A DNA stretch of 60,694 nt, counting the filler, from Nemertoderma westbladi (Eukaryota; Animalia; Xenacoelomorpha): assembly GCA_032718475.1 (NCBI GenBank). It is 2 parts of 2 records of this genome, joined end to end, with 100 filler letters (N's around TTAATTAATTAA, not from the genome) between each part and the next. Parts side by side here need not be neighbours in the genome. Positions count along the whole stretch, not along the records: positions 1 to 29,298 come from JAUCBJ010003324.1; 1 more part is not named here. The stretch is one strand, 5' to 3'. Of this stretch, positions 9,766 to 20,339 are shown piece by piece. The number at the start of each line of letters is the position of its first letter. The first letter of the stretch is position 1. A model generated the notes under the pieces. The model was not told the origin of the DNA and did not search any database. It was given only the letters and a program-made list of their open reading frames with translations. The position numbers and the translations under genes were made by a program.

Positions 9766-11675
9766 CAAATTCACTTGTACAGGTATACAAAATTTTGAAG
9801 CTTTGCATGCGATATTTTTGATCTTATTGAATTTTGGCTATATTCCTATAGTTCTGGCCCATACTACGCTATCAAGCAGTCCCCAATCTGCGTTCACAGA
9901 GGGTCGTTGATATAGGTGGTATTTATAGTACAATAACGATCTGCGTTTGCCATGTGTTGTCGTCTCCAGCTGCCATTTTTCGCGCCATTTCAAAGCTCTA
10001 TTCCACATGACGTAATAAGTTATGTTGAAGTAAACCGTGATAAGCACGATGAACTGGAACTCTGACAATTAACCCCCTAGAGGCAGACAGGAGCTGTAAA
10101 AGTCTGTCTGTGTGTAGAATTTCTAAACTTGTGATAGACTACATGTGTACCAAGTTTGGATCCATTTCATCCATGATTGACTGACTTTAGCATTCAAACA
10201 TTCCTGCCAGCCGCAAACAAACAATGACTAATCGTTTCATCGAGCAGAACTCCAGTGATAAAAGTTTGAAGAGGCGCTGATTTGGGCCTACCTGCTGCTT
10301 ATGTGAAGATTAATATAATCATATACTCCCAACACTCATATTTCCCTTCTCAATTTACCTCCAAAATCAGACTACATTGGTCTCGGGAGCATAATTAAAA
10401 AAGCAGCCCAAACCTACTCCCTGCCATCACTTTCAGTCCTACTCAACTCTCGCTACTGCTCAAAGCAGCTGAGGGGACGCATCTGTCCTGGAAGCTTGAC
10501 AGCAGCCGACAAGTCGGCAGTATCGTTTATTTCGAACAGTTACCTAACCCTAACTGGCTCGTTTACTGCAAAACACCGTCGTATCCTAGACTACTTCCAC
10601 ATAGTCTGAAGTTTAGCGTGCAGATAATTAGTTATAGAGAAACTATCCTAAACTATGGTGACGTCATAATATAATTCTATGCTGAAAATACAAAATACTT
10701 TTGGTGCCTTTGCTTAGCTGTACGTTGTGCAATTTTACTCATCGGATTAGCCGATTTTTACCTGGATATAACATACTAACGTACTGCCAACATTGTGTTA
10801 TTGTGCATTTTAAAAATATCAAATTTATTTTATTAAATCAATGATATATTATATAATACCTAATTTACTCGTTACCTTATATATATCCAACATGTGCGAA
10901 GGATACCGAACGCGATACCGAATCGATACCGAACGCATTTCCCCTTTTAGTTTTCTATCGCCTTGCTATGGATTCTGTTTTAAAGTCAGTGCAAGATATT
11001 CCAATAGAAATTCGACAAATCCGAAAAGGAAAGTTTTAATTTACCCCGAATTGTATATTTAGCTATTACGAACAAAACAAATTCTACATTAAATTAAATT
11101 AAACACACAAAGTATTAATTCCCATAGTTGATGATTGTAACGAGATGTGGCAAATGTTTTGAAAAATAATGGGTAAAGGGGGAAAATGGTCACAAAGGCA
11201 ACTTGAAAAAAACGCGTTTTACTGTATTTTTTAACTTTTATAATGGGAAATGAACAGGTTTCCCCTCTTGAGCCCTTGTTTTCTCTTCATGACCACTTTC
11301 CCCCTTACTTGAAACAATAGCAATTGTTAAATAACAATTTAATGTCAAAAAAAGAAAATAAATATAATTTACATAATAATCCAATGTGATCAGGTTCTTA
11401 GTGTAACGACTAAGTCATTTATGGGGGAAGGGGGAATGCTCACAAAGTAAGCAATAATACGGGTTTTAGTACGAGTTAATACGAGTTATGATCATCGCCA
11501 TGAAACCCAAATAACATATACTTTGTGTTTTGATAGAAAACTAAAGAAAAAATTGCCAATCATTAAAAATATAGACCATGATATAACGCAACTAAAAGAC
11601 CAAAGTACTTAGGGCAATCACTACGCAATTTATGAATTCAAAGCAAATATTGCGAGTTTTATAAGACTGGCTTTA

Positions 11676-14435
11676 TTAAACTGCCTGAGTATCCTTCCAA
11701 TATCTCGAATTCAGTCTGACCGCTGAACGAATATCTGATTGGGTTATTGGAGTCTGAACCTGAGTACTGGCCTCCCTCATCTCATTACAAATACCAGTTT
11801 CTGTATCCAAACAGCTATTGGATATTTCTGCATCGAAAGCACCATCTAATAATTCACTATCTAACGCTCTATCAGTTATCTCCCTCACTGGTCCCAGAAT
11901 TTCAGCACAATTTGGAGGTTCTTGAACTTCATGGGATGTATTCCCAGCATTATTAGCGTTAGAACTCGAGAACTTAGGGACAATAGAAGCTGCCCATTTA
12001 TTAGAAGGCGATGTATATTTACTACTGGCGCGTTTCGGACTGTTCTGCATTTGCGAAATCGGGAGTTTAATCAAATAAGAAGGTTTGTTTGGACTTTTTA
12101 TCGGTTTAATTTTAGGAGCCTGAGGAGACATTTTGCGATGGGCGTTAGGAAACCCCGGTATTTGCTCCTGTATCCATTTAATAATGGGTGTATCTTCCTG
12201 TATCTGTTTCAGTATATTTTGTCTGGGAGGCGCCATCAAATCGTCGACCCCCAGTGGTTCCGTCTCCCTACCCTCATCCTCTGCGCGCAGCCCACCCACC
12301 ATGGCAGACTCCATCTGCTGCAGACTGGCGGCCAGACGCTGAGACACGGGATTGGGCCAATCCTGTTTCCGTTTCCGCTGGCCGCCTATCATTGGCGGAG
12401 AGCTGAAGTCCCCTTTCCCAGGGGAATCAGCCATGCCTCTTTGCCAGAGTGAGTTCTGGCATCTATTTATTGCATCATTGAGAAAGGTGCCCGATGCTTC
12501 TCCCATGGTTCCGGGCGATTCTCCCATGGTTCTCGGCGTTTCTCCCATGATTCCGGGCGCTTCTCCCCTGGTTCCGGACGTTTCGTCCACGGTCCCGGGC
12601 GCTTCTCCCCTGGTTCCGGGCGTTTCGCCCAAGGTCCCGGGCGATTCAGGCGTCAGCCGTGTGGAGGAGTTACCCTTGGGACGGAATGCAACTATCCTGA
12701 AATTTCCGCGGCCCAATTGGCGACCGGGGATTAGTCGGTTGCTAAGCAACCGTGTAGTGACTCCCGCAGGAGCTTCGGTAGATGACGTCACGCCCGACAC
12801 ATCGGACTGTATCGTTACGAAGTCGCCCTGGGGTAGCGGCGGCCCGGTGTCGCATGCGAGATAATTCGATGGATTAAATTCCCGCATTAATTGATTCCCT
12901 TCTGAGCCGATAGGAGGCGGTTCGGGGTAATTATCCCCCTCCATTCGGGGGGAATGACACTCCCCCATATATGGGTAAGGGGGGCAATTACCCCCCTCAT
13001 ACAGGGGGCCCTGCCTACAAGGGACTCTGTGCATCGGCCCCCTTGTACGAACAGCCCCCCGGCCCCTGATAGAAGCGAAACGCTGGTAAACATTACGGGA
13101 GGGGGGCGAGATCAGGGGGGAATCGTGGGACGCGGGGCTGCTGAAGGGGGGTTCATCGGATTGGGGGGTCCGCGGGTTGATTTCCCCCTCCTCTATGACG
13201 CACTCGGTGAGGCTCCCGATGGACTGGAGTCCGGCGCCGAGACGCATAGAGGGGGAAGGGATCCCCCCTACCGATGGTGCGTGGGGGCCGTAGATAGGGG
13301 AGCCATCGGGGGTTGAGGGCGCATCGCCTACACTCCCCCCATCTGGTCCCACAGATAAACTCATACACTGTCTGTCCCACCCTCTGCCTGCCTTCCCTAC
13401 CTTCACCATCCCCTGCTCGCCCTTCCCACCCCTCCACCCTCCCCTCTTCCCGCCTCCACCCCCTCCCTTAGCCCCCGGTATGTACCGAACCGATATCTTC
13501 CTATCCAACTTGGTCTGCCTCCGATGTTGAGGGTAGACCTCCACCATCTGGTAGATCTTATGGGCGTTCCTCCCCTTCTTAATGCCGTCGCTCGCGAGAC
13601 AAATCATATCGGGAAGCGAGTTCAACGCGCACCGGAAGTTCGCCTTCCAACTGCCCGGGTTCTCCGCGTCCTTCCCGGGGATATACTTCCCGGTGTGCAA
13701 CGCCCACTCCCGGTAAAGTTTCCCGTCACCCAGACGCCATTGGGTACCCGAGCGGTGTTTCCAAGGCAGCGTAAATATCCGTTTGTCCCGATCGATCCAG
13801 TATAAATCCTCTATTTCGCCGGAATCAATCCACATCTCGAGCCACGGTCGCAGTCGCAGTCGACGCGAGTACGAGACTTCGTCATCTCCGCTCGCCTCGC
13901 CACTAACACTCCCCCCTTCGGGTACAACGCATCCCTCTGTATCCTCCGGACATCGTCGTTCGGTGTAACGATGGTCTGACTGGTAATATTCCCGAGGAGT
14001 CATCTCCTCGATTCGTGGGTCCACCGCATCCCCGCGTACCGATAACTCGTGGCAACCCGCCATCGGTAAATTCACTCCTTCGAAATTAGTTTCACTTTCC
14101 ATTCCTATCATGTTAACCGCGGTAGGCGGAGCTGTTGTGTTGATATCGTCAAAGTCGGAGGTGTCAAAGACGTTGACGTTCAGCTGAAACGGATCAAAAT
14201 CTTCTTGGAAGGGGGCCAAATGAGATGCGGATGAGAACATATTGGTAGGCCTACCCGGCGGACCAAAACCCACATTCGCTGACGACGGAATTTGAGAGTG
14301 ATCCACAGATCCATAATCATCTAAAGGTTCAGTTTTTATTTCGCGAGTGTGGCGAACAATTCTGCAATTAACAACCGGTCCGTAAGGACCAACGTTGACG
14401 TGCGATTCTGGAGCAATGTTGTCGGTGTAATCCAT
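11676..14435 (-). CDS. IRF: Interferon regulatory factor (IRF1/IRF2-group) transcription factor, 919 aa, single coding exon
   Basis: Tryptophan-pentad DNA-binding domain at ~13866-13540: RLRPWLE..W..IFTLPWKH..W..WALHTGKY..PGSWKANFRCALNSLPD..KIYQM. It closely matches the IRF1/2 pattern (RMRPWLE, PWKH, WAIHTG, WKANFRCAMNSLPD). ATG-to-TAA ORF with no interruption. Confidence 0.92.
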   Translation of the reverse strand: MDYTDNIAPESHVNVGPYGPVVNCRIVRHTREIKTEPLDDYGSVDHSQIPSSANVGFGPPGRPTNMFSSASHLAPFQEDFDPFQLNVNVFDTSDFDDINTTAPPTAVNMIGMESETNFEGVNLPMAGCHELSVRGDAVDPRIEEMTPREYYQSDHRYTERRCPEDTEGCVVPEGGSVSGEASGDDEVSYSRRLRLRPWLEMWIDSGEIEDLYWIDRDKRIFTLPWKHRSGTQWRLGDGKLYREWALHTGKYIPGKDAENPGSWKANFRCALNSLPDMICLASDGIKKGRNAHKIYQMVEVYPQHRRQTKLDRKISVRYIPGAKGGGGGGKRGGWRGGKGEQGMVKVGKAGRGWDRQCMSLSVGPDGGSVGDAPSTPDGSPIYGPHAPSVGGIPSPSMRLGAGLQSIGSLTECVIEEGEINPRTPQSDEPPFSSPASHDSPLISPPSRNVYQRFASIRGRGAVRTRGPMHRVPCRQGPLYEGGNCPPYPYMGECHSPRMEGDNYPEPPPIGSEGNQLMREFNPSNYLACDTGPPLPQGDFVTIQSDVSGVTSSTEAPAGVTTRLLSNRLIPGRQLGRGNFRIVAFRPKGNSSTRLTPESPGTLGETPGTRGEAPGTVDETSGTRGEAPGIMGETPRTMGESPGTMGEASGTFLNDAINRCQNSLWQRGMADSPGKGDFSSPPMIGGQRKRKQDWPNPVSQRLAASLQQMESAMVGGLRAEDEGRETEPLGVDDLMAPPRQNILKQIQEDTPIIKWIQEQIPGFPNAHRKMSPQAPKIKPIKSPNKPSYLIKLPISQMQNSPKRASSKYTSPSNKWAASIVPKFSSSNANNAGNTSHEVQEPPNCAEILGPVREITDRALDSELLDGAFDAEISNSCLDTETGICNEMREASTQVQTPITQSDIRSAVRLNSRYWKDTQAV
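12490..12650 (-). repeat. 21-bp coding tandem repeat inside the IRF ORF (heptad G-E-x-P-G-T-x)
   Basis: ESPGTLGETPGTRGEAPGTVDETSGTRGEAPGIMGETPRTMGESPGTMGEASGT in the translation. Confidence 0.85.
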
Positions 14436-15874
14436 ATTAATCTATCCACATTGCTATCGTCATAGGATATCGCCTGCGTTCTGGCGTTAGATCGTTAGGC
14501 CTAGGACATTTAGAATTACAATGTTTTTATCAATTACGAATATTAATTACTGAATTAACATATCGATAATCATGACAGCATGACCGAAATCGCTACCGTG
14601 ACCGTACCGCCCGCGTTGCCGTACGCTACATAAATGCAACATACCGATACTGGTACCGGTACTGCAGTACTGTGCTAGAAGTGGAAGTTATTGAGTAACT
14701 TCAGAACTATCAGTTTACCGTACCTACCGGTTTTGTATTCCTGATAATAAAATTAGGCCTAGCCTACCTACCTCAGTACCTGTATTGTATTACTTTTGTG
14801 GTAGATTAAAACATAGCACAGACAACTACTAAGTACAGTGTTGTAGTTAGCTAATAACGTAACGAAACGATGTAATTGTGGGGCGAGCCACGAAATTAGC
14901 AAAGCCTTAGCATAGGGATAGGGGTACCATTAACGATTTTTTTTGCTGTCGTCGGCGTAGTTATCGCGCTGCAGTTATTCTTTAAGCTTTATGGTTGGTT
15001 GATAACACTACCTAAGATGTATGCATTCGAAAGTGACATATTGTATTGACATTAGCACAGTGGCGTCGCGTAGGTGTGGCGTGGGGGGGGGGGGGGGGGG
15101 GGTGATTGAAAAATAGACGTAAATGAAGACAAGGTGATTAATTAATTACAAGATTATTTAAAATCACTTTATATTTATATTTATTTTTTATTAGCCAAAA
15201 ATAATTGTTAATATAAGAAGTATTCAACGGATAGTGCAAAGCGCATAGGTCTACTAACAAGAGGTAAACAACCTACAGCCATAGTATGATATCTTTGCTT
15301 ATGATTTGGTATAAACCGTAATGGGCGTCCAAAATATGATAACGGGGAAGTTTTATAAAAACACGGATCACTCGAATTTTGGTAATTGCTGGATGCAACA
15401 GTGCTAAATAAGTATATGCAAAGTAGGAATCCTAATCTATAGTAGTAGGACCTAACTCTCTCAATAGCTAATGTAGCTCACCAGTAAATAAAGTAGTAGG
15501 CCTATATTATAAACAATGACGGACATTGCAGTGAACTATATATCACTCAGGTGGGATTCTCATAACTCTGTAAAGTAAAGTCTACATTAGAAACAATAAA
15601 ACTTCTTGAGAACTAGGCTAGCTCGGATGATATCAATTGTACTGTATGCTCTAAGTGTAAGATTATATACCCTACAGCTGTTGTACTGTACACAATATCT
15701 GCAATTAGTTACATAAAGGGATATGTATGTCATCAATATTCCTAATGATATGATTAATTAAGAGTTGAGAACGTCGATAAGATGACGTACTGTAGGCCTA
15801 ATATAACAAAATTGCGTACATTATTGTATCAAGGTAGATTATTCAGTGTTAAAAACCATTTATATAATGTGTTC

Positions 15875-17406
15875 GTGAGTTCGGGATTGAGCCAAGGCGT
15901 GAGTTCGGAACCGAGCCAAGGCGAGAGTTCGGGATCGAGCCAAGGTGTGAGTTCGGGATCGAGCTAAAGCTTGATTTCGAAACCGATCCATGGTGTGAGT
16001 TAGGGATCGAGCCAAGACGTGAGTTCGGGACCAAGCCAAGGCGAGAGTTCGGGATCGAGTCAAGGTGTGAATTCGGAACCGAGCCAAGGCGTGAGTTCGG
16101 GATCGAGCAAAGGCGTGAATTCGGGACCGAGCCAAGGCGAGAGTTCGGGATTGAGCCAAGGCGTGAGTTCGGAACCGAGCCAAGGCGTGAGTTCGGGATC
16201 GAGCCAAGGCGTGAGTTCGGGACCGAGTCAAGGCGAGAGTTAAGGATTGAGCCAAGGTGTGAGTTCGGGGTCGAGCCAAAGCTTGAATACGAAACCGAGC
16301 CAAAGTGTGAGTTCGGGATCAAGCCCAGGTGTAAAGTCGGGATCGAGCCAAGGCTTGAGTTCGAAACCGAGCCAAGGTGGGAGTTCTGGATCGAGCCAAG
16401 GTGTGAGTAAGGGACCCACCCAAGGCTTGAGTTCGGGACTGAGCCAAGGCGTGAGTTCGAAACCGAACCAAAGTGTGAGTTCGGGACAGAGCCAAGGTGT
16501 GAGTTCGGGATCGAGCCAAGGCTTGAGTTCGAAACCGAGCCAAGGTATGAGTTCGGGATCGAGCCAAAGGTGTGAGTTCGGGACCGATCCAAGGCTTGAG
16601 TTCGAAACCGAGCCAAAGTGTGAGTTCGGGACCGAGGCGAGGCGTAAGTTCGGGACCGAGCCGAAGCGTGAGTTCGAAACCGATCCATGGTGTGAGTTCG
16701 GGGTCGAGCCAAGGCGTAAGTTCGAAACAGATCCAAGGTGTGAGTTCGGGACCAAGCCAAGGCTTGAGTTCGGGACCGAGCCAAGGCTTGAGTTCGAAAC
16801 AGAGCCCTTGAGTTCGGGACCGAGCCAAGGTGTGAGTTCGGGATCGAACCAAGGCGTGAGTTCGAAACCGAGCCAAGGTGTGAGAACGGGACCCATCCAA
16901 GGTAGGAGTTCGGGACCGAGCCAAGGCGTAAGTTCGAAACCGGGCCAAAGTGTGAGTTCGGAACCGAGCCAAGTCTTGAGTTCGGGACCGATCCAAGGTG
17001 TGAGTTCGGGATCGAGCCAATGCGTGAGTTCGAAATCGAGCCAAGGCGTGGGTTCGAAATCGAGCCAAGGTGTGAGTTCGGGATCGAGTCAAGGCATGAG
17101 TTCAAAACCGAGCTAAGGTGTGAGTTCGAAATCGAGCCAAGGCGTGGGTTCGAAATCGAGCCAAGGTGTGAGTTCGGGATCGAGTCAAGGCATGAGTTCA
17201 AAACCGAGCTAAGGTGTGAGTTCGGGATCGAGCCAAGAAGGCGTGAGTTCGAAACCGATCCAAGGTGTGAGTCGGGGCCGAGCCAAGGCTTGAGTTCGAA
17301 ACCGAGCCAAGGTGTGAGTTCGGGACCGAGCCAAGGCTTGAGTTTGGAATCGAGCCAAGGCGTAAGTTCGGAATCGAGCAAAGGCTTGAGGTCGAAACCG
17401 AGCCAA
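15875..17406. repeat. 24-bp minisatellite (consensus ~GAGTTCGGGATCGAGCCAAGGCGT), ~63 copies
   Basis: Direct tandem periodicity; it generates the 8-aa-repeat ORFs seen in several frames. Confidence 0.97.
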
Positions 17407-18209
17407 TGAATACCCCGACGACCGTCGCACAGATATAAACCATATACTGTATATACCGCAGACCGGCCTCACTGCGTTCGTTCGCGTTCGGGAGGCAGGC
17501 TCGGGGTTAACGCAGAAAAGTGCTACACTGAAGGTCTGAACTGAACACTGAACTTTCACACAGTGAAGTAAATACCGTAGTTTTAACTTTAGAGGGACAT
17601 GAGTTTCCCCTTTGAATTACATACATTTCAGTACAGTACTTCAGCTTGAACTTGATACATACCGTCAAATTGTAGAGTTTTAATAAGAAAAATTGACCTA
17701 CTGTTAGTAACTATAGTAATGATTCAGCCCCGCCCGCCTCACCACATAAATATAATAATATGTTACAATATACTGTACACGTAGGCCTAAAATAAATAAA
17801 AAGTAAATAAAATTACATCAAAAGCGAACGCAGCCAACGAAAATTTTGCTAGCGCCCGGTTATAAACCACCTCCCTCCCGGAATCAGGCCTACATTGAAA
17901 TGGCACATGTTTTCCACCAATACCGTTATTACACGACACTGGCAAAAAATCACTAAAACTGTAAAAATATTAGGGTAAAGAATAATAATTCTTATAATAA
18001 TAATAGGAATATAATAATTCCTGAAAGTTGAATCTATTTGTTAAGCGATAGTCGTAATACCAAAGAACGTCAGAAAAGGCTGTTTGGGATGACAATTAAA
18101 TTAAATTACTGTAGAGATGCGCGAACTGCGCGATTGTTTGACGGCTACTGTACAAGTGAATTAATTATATTTTACTCAGCAAACTATTAAAGAGGTGCAC
18201 TGCAGGAAC

Positions 18210-20086
18210 TTGTTACAGTATAACTACCATAACATCATAATATGACCTAACAACAAACAACCAACAATCCTCTCTCTCTGTTGATCAATAAAGTTCAACC
18301 TACATAGGTCATGGAAAGAGTTACTGCAGTTCTTACACTGCCACTCATTAGTTTCATTCGAGGAAAACATCATGTGTAACAGATACGTGGCATAAACTGA
18401 ATATAGCAGGCGGCAAACAACATACTGTACATTGTTTCTCGAAGATTAGTCACTAAACTCCACTCCAAGGTTTATGTATAGTGAACGGTTATGCATTATT
18501 GCATTTTGTGATATACTGTATATTAAATAATGCAAGATACTGTACTATGAAATTATTATAAATTTATAAAAACCATCTACAAATCTCATCATCTCTTACT
18601 GTACTTTGATGCAAATTCATTCACAAACACATTAAAACAAAAACCAAATATAGATAGATGTATTGCTTCTGATTTTACTGTCCTTAAATTCTTCGATACC
18701 CGCCTTTTCCCCTGTTCAGAGTTGACCAACTGAGCACAGAAATATCGCAAAGAGGAGGTGGTAAAGGAGCTCCCCAATCCCGAATGCCACGCACGCCTCA
18801 ATGTTTGTCCACGGCTTTGGGCCAACAGGCTCCTTAACGCTCGGATCTTGCTCCAAAGGAGTCGGATTTGGTGTTTGGGTCAAGGATCTCACCGCTTCTT
18901 CCCACCGTAGCCAAAACGGAGTTGCATGTTCCTTTGCAATAATCATTTACAAGAATCTTGCGATTAAATAACCGCCCGTACCTATGATGTCCCCTAGCAG
19001 AGAGCTTACACAACCGTGGGGAATTTCTCCGAGCACCGCTTCGACACCGCGGGAGTTTATCTCGCCCAGTTCACACATCCCAATCCGTCGTAGGATGCTC
19101 CTCCGGATATCAGGACTCTTCGTAACATCTACAGTATATCGAGCTAAAGGATACTTGTAAGTACAACACCTTGTGTTAAAGCTCCTTTACTGATGGCATC
19201 AACCATTTTTCCTTCTGCATTTCCTTCTCTGAGCTGAGAGCAAGGTACCGTGTACTGGACAGTATGGCAATTCGGTTTCTGTTCAGACAATCCGAAAGCC
19301 TGGCAACTGGGAGAATGAAAACCCAGAACCGGGATTGCTGGCTGGGGACTTTCGGGACGAAACCGGCACTCATGAAAGGCTCTACATTAAGATATTTATG
19401 TGATTTATTTCATATGTCATAAATTATGGAAATTGTAATATAATGTTGATGTAATATACTGTAGGCTACCGTTTATAATGTTAATGTAATATATTGCACA
19501 TCTACTTAAATTAATGTTTAATGATAGGAGATAAATTAATGCTCCCGAATTTTTTTGCGTATTTATTAAATAGAATATAGCCTCGCGGAGCTGCAAAACC
19601 ATGTATTTTTAGCAGATAGGGGGGGGGTACTTTATAGGGGAAATTCGACGCAAATATTAGCTGATTACTCTCAAAAATAAAAATAAAACTGTAACCTGCA
19701 TTTAGTTTATGGTTTTGTTTAAAATAATGTGCCATTATAACCTGCTCCTTTCCCTAAATTGAGAATTGAACATTGACGCGGGATATTAATTCGCCAAGTT
19801 GGGATTTGCGTCCAGTCCCAGGGAGATATTGTACAACACTACAGTACCATATCATAATATTATTATGACCTAGCAACAATCCTCTCTCTCTGTTAATCGA
19901 TAAAGTTCAACCTACAGTAGGTCACGGAAAGAGTTACTGCAGTTCTTACACTGTCACTCATTAGTTTCATTCGAGGAAAACATCTTGTGTAACAGATACG
20001 TGGCATAAACTGAATGTAGCATACGGCACGCGGCATAACAATATTTATTGTACCTCGAAGAGTAGTTACTAAACTCCAAGGTGTAT
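18210..20086 (+). repeat. Pair of ~260-bp diverged direct repeats (~18210-18476 and ~19829-20086)
   Basis: Shared TATGACCTA..CAATCCTCTCTCTCTGTT..AAAGTTCAACCTACA..GGAAAGAGTTACTGCAGTTCTTACACTG..GTGTAACAGATACGTGGCATAAACTGAAT. Confidence 0.9.
19613..19825. mobile_element. MITE, diverged copy of the element at 35372-35614
   Basis: Shares TAGCTGATTACTCTCAAAAATAAAA..TAACCTGCTCCTTTCCCTAAATTGAGAATT..GCGGGATATTAATTCGCCAAG..TTTGCGTCCAGT with the 35.4-kb copy. Confidence 0.75.
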
Positions 20087-20339
20087 GCCGGTAGATATTG
20101 AAGGGCTGTGTTATATGTTAAACTTAAATGTATCACAATGTAGCGAGTGGATAAGATGGCCAAGTGCATTTGGTCATCTGCAGATGATTTTATTGTCAGG
20201 TGAGAGGCCATGAGGTCGTAAATTGCCGAGTTACAAGGTATCCGGTAGTGTTTCCAGGTCTTCCTTTTATCTGACTTAAAGGTAAACACAAGATTCCTTT
20301 TATCTGAATCGCTATCGGAATTATTACAGCGGCGGCATA

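Noticed and set aside
11747-13968. Numerous short ORFs overlapping IRF
   Set aside because: Antisense or alternative-frame shadows of a GC-rich coding region.
7940-14435. IRF gene as Polinton cargo (viral IRF)
   Set aside because: The apparent element terminus is at 7939, and the intervening DNA looks like host intergenic sequence with other repeats.
15782-17559. Repeat-protein ORFs (GSIPNSRL / SSGPSQGV)
   Set aside because: Arise from a 24-bp minisatellite that is open in many frames on both strands, with no unique domain.
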